A DNA stretch of 64,000 nucleotides from Macrostomum lignano (taxonomy: Eukaryota): positions 62,001 through 126,000 of the forward strand of contig NIVC01001322.1 in NCBI GenBank assembly GCA_002269645.1. The letters are read 5' to 3'. Within the stretch, counting starts at the first letter, position 1. Every line of letters starts with the position of its first letter. Below, in pieces: positions 45,501 to 57,600 of this stretch. The notes under the pieces are model-generated. The model did not search any database. It was not told the DNA's origin and saw only the letters and a program-made list of their open reading frames with translations. The position numbers and the translations under genes were made by a program.

Positions 45501-47583
45501 GAGCCCTTCGTCGACGGGAGAGTGTGCGTTACCTGCTGCCAGATCCTGTTATTGAGTACATCTATCGCAATGCTCTGTACCAGTCTACTACTGAGAGGCC
45601 CAGGTTAGTGCGCTGGTTTGTGTTGTCTTTTTATTGATGAGCTTCAGGTGAATGGGTAGTGTAATTATGGAGCTTCAGGTGAATGGGTAGTGAGATTATA
45701 GAGCTTCAGGTGAAAGTGAGATTATGGAGCTTCAGGTGTATGGGTAGTGAGATTATGTAGCTTCAGGTGAATGGGTAGTGTGATTATGGAGCTTCAGGTG
45801 TATGAATAGTGAGGTTATGGAGCTTCAGGTGTATAGGTAATGAGATTATGTAGCTTCAGGTGAATGGGTAGTGAGATTATGTAGCTTCAGGTGAATGGGT
45901 AGTGAGATTATGTAGCTTCAGGTGAATGGGTAGTGAGATTATGTAGCTTCAGGTGAATGGGTAGTGTGATTATGGAGCTTCAGGTGTATGAATAGTGAGG
46001 TTATGGAGCTTCAGGTGTATAGGTAATGAGATTATGTAGCTTCAGGTGAATGGGTAGTGAGATTATGTAGCTTCAGGTGAATGGGTAGTGAGATTATGTA
46101 GCTTCAGGTGAATGGGTAGTGAGATTATGTAGCTTCAGGTGAATGGGTAGTGTGATTATGGAGCTTCAGGTGTATGAATAGTGAGGTTATGGAGCTTCAG
46201 GTGTATAGGTAATGAGATTATGGAGCTTCAGGTGAATGGGTAGTGAGGTTATGTAGCTTTAGGTAGTTGTTATCCAACCTGAGGTTTTTTATTTTGTCCC
46301 ATAGGTGAATATTGCGGCAAGTTTAGCAATCGTGATCAACTAGAAGTACAATACCATACTTTTTTTGTCAAAAATATTGTTGCAGAAAAAGCAAAACATT
46401 GCTTCTCGCAGGTAATTTTTTGCGTTTGAAACTTGGCTTTTCTGCGCATTTTTGGCTTGCAAACAGAGCTTTTGTTTTTCAGGTATTTCAGCCCATGCAA
46501 GCACTAATTGTGCAGTTAGCTGGGCATGACTCAAGTGTTTTCGTTTAAAGTAGTTTCGTTACTTTAGAGGGAAACTAAAATAAGTCTTCTTGCAATCTTT
46601 GCAGTCTACTGCCACTCGTAACCTTATACGAGCGTATAAGTACTATAAGGGCCTTAAGGTTTTTCTTTTATTTGCGGCAAAATGTGCTTCTGACTTTATT
46701 CCACAGCTCTTGCTTCCTTTGGATTGTAATAAAATTAAGATTTGTTTTGATCTAATCTTTCTCTATACTTCCCCTCTCCTTCTCCCTCTTTCCCTCTCCT
46801 TCCCCTCTCCTTTCTCTCTCCGTCCCCTCTCCTTCCCTTCTCCGTCCCCTCTCCGTCCCCTCTCCGTCCCCTCTCCTTTCCCTCTCCGTCCCCTCTCCTT
46901 TCCCTCTCCGTCCCCTCTCCTTTCCCTCTCCGTCCCCCCTCCCTCTCCTTCTCCCTCTTTCCCTCTCCTTCCCCTCTCCTTTCTCTCTCCTTCCCCTCTC
47001 CTTCCCTTCTCCGTCCCCTCTCCGTCCCCTCTCCGTCCCCTCTCCTTTCCCTCTCCTTTCCCTCTCCGTCCCCCCTCCCTCTCCTTCTCCCTCTTTCCCT
47101 CTCCTTCCCCTCTCCTTTCTCTCTCCTTCCCCTCTCCTTCCCCTCTCCTTTCCCTCTCTGTCCCCTCTCCTTTCCCTCTCCGTCCCCTCTTCTTTTCGCG
47201 CTTTAAAATAAAATTAGCAAAAGTCAAATGCAAATTCAGCATTTTAAAGCATAGCTCTACTTTCAGTAGCTTGCAACCGTCCGCTAAATTCAGTATCAAA
47301 TATCTCTGGTTCTAGACCGGCATCTTCAACCGCCGCAGGCGCCGCCTCAACTGCCGAGCCGCCAGTCGCCAGCCAGCAACAGCAGGATCAACGGCGCCAA
47401 AATCGCGGCATTCAAACGCGCATGGTTGGCGCCGATTTGGCGCAGGCGCGCATACGTAAAGAGTGCCGCGCCTGCGGTGCCAGATCCACTCGGCATATTC
47501 TGATTCCGCCTAGCAACGGAAACGGGCAGCAGGAGCAGCAGCAGAGGCAGCCGAGCTCAGATGATAACGAGACCCTGCTCTGA
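42564..47583 (+). CDS. NMNAT: Nicotinamide/nicotinate mononucleotide adenylyltransferase (NMNAT)
   Basis: Exons 42564-43014 (donor GTGCGT, phase 1), 44951-45093, 45259-45360, 45440-45603, and terminal 47316-47583 (phase 2; alternative ends at 45637 or 46308). Motifs: ACGSFNPVTNMHLRMFE, SPVSDAY, LLCGSDMLKSF.VPGLW, SSAFVRRALRR.ESVRYLLPD.VIEYI. Confidence 0.93.
43045..43925. repeat. 25-bp minisatellite (GAAGGATTTGGCTGGGGTGGTCACT)n, ~35 copies, NMNAT intron 1
   Basis: Directly visible. Confidence 0.97.
43926..44905. repeat. 32-bp (and 29-bp variant) minisatellite (GCACTGAAGCATCAGGGGAGGGGCAGCAGCAG)n, ~30 copies, NMNAT intron 1
   Basis: Directly visible; abuts the 25-bp array. Confidence 0.97.
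45640..46262. repeat. 31-bp minisatellite (AGCTTCAGGTGAATGGGTAGTGAGATTATGT)n, ~20 copies, NMNAT last intron
   Basis: Directly visible. Confidence 0.96.
46770..47195. repeat. CT-rich low-complexity tract upstream of the NMNAT terminal exon
   Basis: (TCCCCTCTCC)-like repeats. Confidence 0.93.
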
Positions 47584-47629
47584 TTGGCTACCAATATCAG
47601 GTATCCTAGCTATATGGAACTCTTAAGAC

Positions 47630-47775
47630 TACTGCAGTCTGCGATTCCAAATTAGTTTGGGGCAGAATTGGAATCTCGGCTTGGCTCTGCTCGTGCAATT
47701 AACGCCCAGCTTGAGGGCCAACCCCCAAGGCACAGTGAAGTGTACATGCCTAACGATAAATGAAGTTAGGGCTGG
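47630..47775 (+). mobile_element. SINE type B internal fragment
   Basis: TTGGAATCTCGGCTTGGCTCTGCTCGTGCAATTA...GTGAAGTGTACATGCCTAACGATAAA matches the 7500 copy. Confidence 0.8.
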
Positions 47776-48644
47776 TTCCATCAGCGCTGGTTTTTATTGA
47801 GATTTGCTATTTTCGAATGCTGTTCATTGATTATTTTTGTTGTATAGGTAAGTCTGTCACTGTCATAGTTCCTATAGATATATAATATTTAGAGTCATAT
47901 TTTTCAGACTAGTCTATTTTTCAAAAATATAAATTTTATTTTGTAATTTTGTTTTGTTTGTTGTAGTCATTTATAGCTTTACGAGCTTTAATTACTACTA
48001 AGATAGTAGTATGACAAGAAGTACACAATCTAGCACAATTCAATGCAGCATCAGACGCTTACATTTCCTACTGTAAGAACACTTTTTTAGCTCTACCGAA
48101 AATTTGAAATTGATTCTTTTTTTGTTTAAATAAAACGCAATGCCACGGTTATTTTATCAAGACTCTATAAAAGTTTTTTTGCTATATTTTTTCTTTAAAT
48201 AATGCGGAAACTTTTCATTAGCAATACAATTTTTTTCTTGTTTCTAGATATAGCTATATATATACCATAGCTAATAATAATTACAATTAAATGTGTTTAC
48301 CTCAGGTATTAGCTATTTTCTATTTAGATATATTGTCATTTCTATGTCTGCTATACTAATGCTAACAAGGTGTTGTTGATATATTAAACAGTTTAATGCA
48401 ATCAGTTTTAATATTGATATTTTGTTCTGTACTATGCATACTACTGTTAACACCATTTTCACTGTTCGCTCCTACACTCCCCATGAATATATCTTATTTT
48501 TGAAATCGCATATCGATGTTAAACAAATTAATGCAAGTAAAAGTTAATGTTATACATTATTTTTCTTCTCATTGTTTCAGAAAGGCTTCGTCTTTTTGTT
48601 TATTTACTTCCTTTAAATCGTAGGTATTAGCAGCTTGTTTGTGG

Positions 48645-51600
48645 ACTCACTCAATTCTCACCTGTTGTCATCCTGATTCTCATGATTCTCACCTGTTGTC
48701 ATCCCGATTCTCACCTGTTGTCATCCTGATTCTCATGATTCTCACCTGTTGTCATCCCGATTCTCACCTGTTGTCATCCTGATTCTCATGATTCTCACCT
48801 GTTGTCATCCCGATTCTCACCTGTTGTCATCCTGATTCTCATGATTCTCACCTGTTGTCATCCCGATTAGCACCTGTTGTCATCCTGATTCTCATGATTC
48901 TCACCTGTTGTCATCCCGATTCTCACCTGTTGTCATCCTGATTCTCATGATTCTCACCTGTTGTCATCCTGATTCTCATGATTCTCACCTATTGTCATCC
49001 CGATTCTCACCTGTTGTCATCCTGATTCTCACCTGTTGTCATCCTGATTCTCACCTGTTGTCATCCTGATTCTCATGATTCTCATCTGTTGTCATCCCGA
49101 TTCTCACCTGTTGTCATCCCGATTCTCACCTGTTGTCATCCTGATTCTCATGATTCTCACCTGTTGTCATCCCGATTCTCACCTGTTGTCATCCTGATTC
49201 TCATGATTCTCACCTGTTGTCATCCTGATTATCATGATTCTCACCTGTTGTCATCCTGATTCTCATGATTCTGTGTGTTGTCATCCTGATTCTCACCTGT
49301 TGTCATCCCGATTCTCATGATTATGTGTGTTGTCATCCTGATTCTCACCTGTTGTCATCCTGATTCTCACCTGTTGTCATCCTGATTCTCATGATTCTCA
49401 CCTGTTGTCATCCCGATTCTCACCTGTTGTCATCCTGATTCTCATGATTCTCACCTGTTGTCATCCCGATTCTCACCTGTTGTCATCCTGATTCTCATGA
49501 TTCTCACCTGTTGTCATCCCGATTCTCACCTGTTGTCATCCTGATTCTCATGATTCTCACCTGTTGTCATCCTGATTCTCATGATTCTCACCTATTGTCA
49601 TCCCGATTCTCACCTGTTGTCATCCTGATTCTCACCTGTTGTCATCCTGATTCTCACCTGTTGTCATCCTGATTCTCATGATTCTCATCTGTTGTCATCC
49701 CGATTCTCACCTGTTGTCATCCTGATTCTCATGATTCTCACCTGTTGTCATCCCGATTCTCACCTGTTGTCATCCTGATTCTCATGATTCTCACCTGTTG
49801 TCATCCTGATTATCATGATTCTCACCTGTTGTCATCCTGATTCTCATGATTCTGTGTGTTGTCATCCTGATTCTCACCTGTTGTCATCCCGATTCTCATG
49901 ATTATGTGTGTTGTCATCCTGATTCTCACCTGTTGTCATCCTGATTCTCATGATTCTGTGTGTTGTCATCCTGATTCTCACCTGTTGTCATCCCGATTCT
50001 CATGATTCTGTGTGTTGTCATCCTGATTTCATGATTCTGTGTGTTGTCATCCTGATTCTCATGATTCTGTGTGTTGTCATCCTGATTCTCATGATTCTGT
50101 TTGTTGTCATCCTGATTTTCATGATTCTGTGTCACGTCATCCCGATTCTCATGATTCTGTGTGTTGTCGTCCTGATTCTCATGATTATGTGTGTTGTCAT
50201 CCTGATTCTCATGATTCTGTGTGTTGTCATCCTGATTCTCATGATTCTCTCCTGTTCTCATCCCAGTCATCATGATTCTCACCTGCTGTCATCCCGATCA
50301 TCATGATTCTCACCTGCTGTCATCCCGATCATCATGATTCTCACCTGCTGTCATCCCGATCATCATGATTCTCACCTGTTTTCATCCTGATTCTTACATA
50401 CTCTTATCATGATTCTCACCTGCTCTTATCCCAATCACCATGATTCTCACCTGCTCTTATCCCAATCATCATGATTCTCACCTGCTCTCATCCCGATTCT
50501 CATGATTCTGTGTGTTGTCATCCTGATTCTCATGATTCTGTGTGTTTTCGTCCTGATTCTCATGGTTCTGTGTGTTGTCATCCTGATTTCATGATTCTGT
50601 GTGTTGTCATCCTGATTCTCATGATTCTGTGTGTTGTCATCCTGATTTCATGATTCTGTTTGTTGTCATCCTGATTTTCATGATTCTGTGTCACGTCATC
50701 CCGATTCTCATGATTCTGTGTGTTGTCGTCCTGATTCTCATGATTCTCTGTGTTGTCATCCTGATTCTCCTGATTCTGTGTATTGTCATCCTGATTTCAT
50801 GATTCTGTGTGTTGTCATCCTGATTCTCATGATTCTGTGTGTTTTCATCCTGATTCTCATGATTCTCTCCTGTTCTCATCCCAGTCATCATGATTCTCAC
50901 ATGTTCTCATCCCAATCATCATGATTCTCACCTGCTCTCATCCCAATCATCATGATTCTCACCTGCTCTCATCCCGATCATCATGATTCTCACCTGCTCT
51001 CATCCCAATCATCATGATTCTCACCTGCTGTCATCCCGATCATCATGATTCTCACCTACTGTCATCCCGATCATCATGATTCTCACCTGCTGTCATCCTG
51101 ATCATCATGATTCTCACCTGTTTTCATCCTGATTCTTACATACTCTTATCATGATTCTCACCTGCTCTTATCCCAATCACCATGATTCTCACCTGCTCTT
51201 ATTCCAATCATCATGATTCTCACCTGCTCTCATCCCGATTCTCCTGATTCTGTGTGTTGTCATCCTGATTCTCATGATTCTGTGTGTTGTCGTCCTGATT
51301 CTCATGGTTCTGTGTGTTGTCATCCTGATTTCATGATTCTGTGTGTTGTCATCCTGATTCTCATGATTCTGTGTGTTGTCATCCTGATTCTCATGATTCT
51401 GTTTGTTGTCATCCTGATTTTCATGATTCTGTGTCACGTCATCCCGATTCTCATGATTCTGTGTGTTGTCGTCCTGATTCTCATGATTATGTGTGTTGTC
51501 ATCCTGATTCTCATGATTCTGTGTGTTGTCATCCTGATTCTCATGATTCTCTCCTGTTCTCATCCCAGTCATCATGATTCTCACCTGCTGTCATCCCGAT

Positions 51601-54600
51601 CATCATGATTCTCACCTGTTTTCATCCTGATTCTTACATACTCTTATCATGATTCTCACCTGCTCTTATCCCAATCACCATGATTCTCACCTGCTCTTAT
51701 CCCAATCATCATGATTCTCACCTGCTCTCATCCCGATTCTCATGATTCTGTGTGTTGTCATCCTGATTCTCATGATTCTGTGTGTTTTCGTCCTGATTCT
51801 CATGGTTCTGTGTGTTGTCATCCTGATTTCATGATTCTGTGTGTTGTCATCCTGATTCTCATGATTCTGTGTGTTGTCATCCTGATTTCATGATTCTGTT
51901 TGTTGTCATCCTGATTTTCATGATTCTGTGTCACGTCATCCCGATTCTCATGATTCTGTGTGTTGTCGTCCTGATTCTCATGATTCTGTGTGTTGTCATC
52001 CTGATTCTCCTGATTCTGTGTATTGTCATCCTGATTTCATGATTCTGTGTGTTGTCATCCTGATTCTCATGATTCTGTGTGTTTTCATCCTGATTCTCAT
52101 GATTCTCTCCTGTTCTCATCCCAGTCATCATGATTCTCACATGTTCTCATCCCAATCATCATGATTCTCACCTGCTCTCATCCCAATCATCATGATTCTC
52201 ACCTGCTCTCATCCCGATCATCATGATTCTCACCTGCTCTCATCCCAATCATCATGATTCTCACCTGCTGTCATCCCGATCATCATGATTCTCACCTACT
52301 GTCATCCCGATCATCATGATTCTCACCTGCTGTCATCCTGATCATCATGATTCTCACCTGTTTTCATCCTGATTCTTACATACTCTTATCATGATTCTCA
52401 CCTGCTCTTATCCCAATCACCATGATTCTCACCTGCTCTTATTCCAATCATCATGATTCTCACCTGCTCTCATCCCGATTCTCCTGATTCTGTGTGTTGT
52501 CATCCTGATTCTCATGATTCTGTGTGTTGTCGTCCTGATTCTCATGGTTCTGTGTGTTGTCATCCTGATTTCATGATTCTGTGTGTTGTCATCCTGATTC
52601 TCATGATTCTGTGTGTTTTCATCCTGATTCTCATGATTCTGTGTGTTGTCGTCCTGATTCTCATGATTATGTGTGTTGTCATCCTGATTCTCATGATTCT
52701 GTGTGTTGTCATGTCATCCTGATTCTCATGATCCTCACCTGTTCTCATCCTGATTCTCATGATTCTGTGTGTTGTCATCCTGATTCTCATGATTCTGTGT
52801 CTTGTCATCCTGATTCTCATGATTCTCTTTTGTTCTCATCCCAATCATCATGATTCTCACATGCTCTCATCCCAATCATTATGATTCTCACCTGCTCTCA
52901 TCCCGATTCTCATGATTCTGTGTGTTGTCATCCTGATTCTCATGATTCTCTCCTGTTCTCATCCCAATCATCATGATTGTCACATGCTCTCATCCCAATC
53001 ATCATGATTCTCACCTGCTCTCATCCCAATCATCATGATTCTCACCTGCTCTCATCCCGATTCTCATGATTCTGTGTGTTTTCATCCTGATTCTCATGAT
53101 TCTCTCCTGTTCTCATCCCAACCATCATGATTCTCACATGTTCTCATCCCAATCATCATGATTCTCACCTGCTCTCATCCCAATCATCATGATTCTCACC
53201 TGCTCTCATCCCGATCATCATGATTCTCACCTGCTCTCATCCCAATCATCATGATTCTCACCTGCTGTCATCCCGATCATCATGATTCTCACCTGCTGTC
53301 ATCCCGATCATCATGATTCTCACCTGCTGTCATCCCGATCATCATGATTCTCACCTGCTGTCATCCCGATCATCATGATTCTCACCTGTTCTCATCCTGA
53401 TTCTTACATACTCTTATCATGATTCTCACCTGCTCTTATCCCTATCATCATGATTCTCACCTGCTCTTATCCCAATCACCATGATTCTCACCTGCTCTTA
53501 TCCCAATCATCATGATTCTCACCTGCTCTCATCCCGATTCTCATGATTCTGTGTGTTGTCATCCTGATTCTCATGATTCTGTGTGTTGTCATCCTGATTC
53601 TCATGATTCTGTGTGTTGTCATCCTGATTTCATGATTCTGTGTGTTGTCATTCTGATTCTTATGATTCTGTGTGTTGTCATCCTGATTCTCATGATTCTG
53701 TTTGTTTTCATCCTGATTTTCATGATTCTGTGTCACGTCATCCCGATTCTCATGATTCTCTTTTGTTCTCATCCCAATCATCATGATTCTCACATGCTCT
53801 CATCCCAATCATTATGATTCTCACCTGCTCTCATCCCGATTCTCATGATTCTCTCCTGTTCTCATCCCAATCATCATGATTCTCACCTGCTCTCATCCCG
53901 ATTCTCATGATTCTGTGTGTTTTCATCCTGATTCTCATGATTCTCTCCTGTTCTCATCCCAACCATCATGATTCTCACATGTTCTCATCCCAATCATCAT
54001 GATTCTCACCTGCTCTCATCCCAATCATCATGATTCTCACCTGCTCTCATCCCGATCATCATGATTCTCACCTGCTCTCATCCCAATCATCATGATTCTC
54101 ACCTGCTGTCATCCCGATCATCATGATTCTCACCTGCTGTCATCCCGATCATCATGATTCTCACCTGCTGTCATCCTGATCATCATGATTCTCACCTGTT
54201 CTCATCCTGATTCTTACATACTCTTATCATGATTCTCACCTGCTCTTATCCCTATCATCATGATTCTCACCTGCTCTTATCCCAATCACCATGATTCTCA
54301 CCTGCTCTTATCCCAATCATCATGATTCTCACCTGCTCTCATCCCGATTCTCATGATTCTGTGTGTTGTCATCCTGATTCTCATGATTCTGTGTGTTGTC
54401 GTCCTGATTCTCATGATTCTGTGTGTTGTCATCCTGATTCTCATGATTCTGTGTGTTGTCATCCTGATTCTCATGATTCTGTTTGTTGTCATCCTGATTT
54501 TCATGATTCTGTGTCACGTCATCCCGATTCTCATGATTCTGTGTGTTGTCGTCCTGATTCTCATGATTATGTGTGTTGTCATCCTGATTCTCATGATTCT

Positions 54601-57600
54601 GTGTGTTGTCATCCTGATTCTCATGATTCTCTCCTGTTCTCATCCCAGTCATCATGATTCTCACATGTTCTCATCCCAATCATCATGATTCTCACCTGCT
54701 CTCATCCCAATCATCATGATTCTCACCTGCTCTCATCCCGATCATCATGATTCTCACCTGCTCTCATCCCAATCATCATGATTCTCACCTGCTGTCATCC
54801 CGATCATCATGATTCTCACCTACTGTCATCCCGATCATCATGATTCTCACCTGCTGTCATCCTGATCATCATGATTCTCACCTGTTTTCATCCTGATTCT
54901 TACATACTCTTATCATGATTCTCACCTGCTCTTATCCCAATCACCATGATTCTCACCTGCTCTTATTCCAATCATCATGATTCTCACCTGCTCTCATCCC
55001 GATTCTCCTGATTCTGTGTGTTGTCATCCTGATTCTCATGATTCTGTGTGTTGTCGTCCTGATTCTCATGGTTCTGTGTGTTGTCATCCTGATTTCATGA
55101 TTCTGTGTGTTGTCATCCTGATTCTCATGATTCTGTGTGTTGTCATCCTGATTCTCATGATTCTGTTTGTTGTCATCCTGATTTTCATGATTCTGTGTCA
55201 CGTCATCCCGATTCTCATGATTCTGTGTGTTGTCGTCCTGATTCTCATGATTATGTGTGTTGTCATCCTGATTCTCATGATTCTGTGTGTTGTCATCCTG
55301 ATTCTCATGATTCTCACCTGTTCTCATCCTGATTCTCATGATTCTGTGTGTTGTCATCCTGATTCTCATGATTCTGTGTCTTGTCATCCTGATTCTCATG
55401 ATTCTCTTTTGTTCTCATCCCAATCATCATGATTCTCACATGCTCTCATCCCAATCATTATGATTCTCACCTGCTCTCATCCCGATTCTCATGATTCTGT
55501 GTGTTGTCATCCTGATTCTCATGATTCTCTCCTGTTCTCATCCCAATCATCATGATTGTCACATGCTCTCATCCCAATCATCATGATTCTCACCTGCTCT
55601 CATCCCAATCATCATGATTCTCACCTGCTCTCATCCCGATTCTCATGATTCTGTGTGTTTTCATCCTGATTCTCATGATTCTCTCCTGTTCTCATCCCAA
55701 CCATCATGATTCTCACATGTTCTCATCCCAATCATCATGATTCTCACCTGCTCTCATCCCAATCATCATGATTCTCACCTGCTCTCATCCCGATCATCAT
55801 GATTCTCACCTGCTCTCATCCCAATCATCATGATTCTCACCTGCTGTCATCCCGATCATCATGATTCTCACCTGCTGTCATCCCGATCATCATGATTCTC
55901 ACCTATTGTCATCCCGATTCTCACCTGTTGTCATCCTGATTCTCACCTGTTGTCATCCTGATTCTCACCTGTTGTCATCCTGATTCTCATGATTCTCACC
56001 TGTTGTCATCCCGATTCTCACCTGTTGTCATCCTGATTCTCATGATTCTCACCTGTTGTCATCCTGATTCTCATGATTCTCACCTGTTGTCATCCTGATT
56101 ATCATGATTCTCACCTGTTGTCATCCTGATTCTCATGATTCTGTGTGTTGTCATCCTGATTCTCACCTGTTGTCATCCTGATTCTCATGATTCTGTGTGT
56201 TGTCATCCTGATTCTCACCTGTTGTCATCCCGATTCTCATGATTCTGTGTGTTGTCATCCTGATTTCATGATTCTGTGTGTTGTCATCCTGATTCTCATG
56301 ATTCTGTGTGTTGTCATCCTGATTCTCATGATTCTGTTTGTTGTCATCCTGATTTTCATGATTCTGTGTCACGTCATCCTGATTCTCATGATTCTGTGTG
56401 TTGTCGTCCTGATTCTCATGATTATGTGTGTTGTCATCCTGATTCTCATGATTCTGTGTGTTGTCATCCTGATTCTCATGATTCTCTCCTGTTCTCATCC
56501 CAGTCATCATGATTCTCACCTGCTGTCATCCCGATCATCATGATTCTCACCTGTTTTCATCCTGATTCTTACATACTCTTATCATGATTCTCACCTGCTC
56601 TTATCCCAATCACCATGATTCTCACCTGCTCTTATCCCAATCATCATGATTCTCACCTGCTCTCATCCCGATTCTCATGATTCTGTGTGTTGTCATCCTG
56701 ATTCTCATGATTCTGTGTGTTTTCGTCCTGATTCTCATGGTTCTGTGTGTTGTCATCCTGATTTCATGATTCTGTGTGTTGTCATCCTGATTCTCATGAT
56801 TCTGTGTGTTGTCATCCTGATTTCATGATTCTGTTTGTTGTCATCCTGATTTTCATGATTCTGTGTCACGTCATCCCGATTCTCATGATTCTGTGTGTTG
56901 TCGTCCTGATTCTCATGATTCTGTGTGTTGTCATCCTGATTCTCCTGATTCTGTGTATTGTCATCCTGATTTCATGATTCTGTGTGTTGTCATCCTGATT
57001 CTCATGATTCTGTGTGTTTTCATCCTGATTCTCATGATTCTCTCCTGTTCTCATCCCAGTCATCATGATTCTCACATGTTCTCATCCCAATCATCATGAT
57101 TCTCACCTGCTCTCATCCCAATCATCATGATTCTCACCTGCTCTCATCCCGATCATCATGATTCTCACCTGCTCTCATCCCAATCATCATGATTCTCACC
57201 TGCTGTCATCCCGATCATCATGATTCTCACCTACTGTCATCCCGATCATCATGATTCTCACCTGCTGTCATCCTGATCATCATGATTCTCACCTGTTTTC
57301 ATCCTGATTCTTACATACTCTTATCATGATTCTCACCTGCTCTTATCCCAATCACCATGATTCTCACCTGCTCTTATTCCAATCATCATGATTCTCACCT
57401 GCTCTCATCCCGATTCTCCTGATTCTGTGTGTTGTCATCCTGATTCTCATGATTCTGTGTGTTGTCGTCCTGATTCTCATGGTTCTGTGTGTTGTCATCC
57501 TGATTTCATGATTCTGTGTGTTGTCATCCTGATTCTCATGATTCTGTGTGTTTTCATCCTGATTCTCATGATTCTGTTTGTTGTCATCCTGATTTTCATG

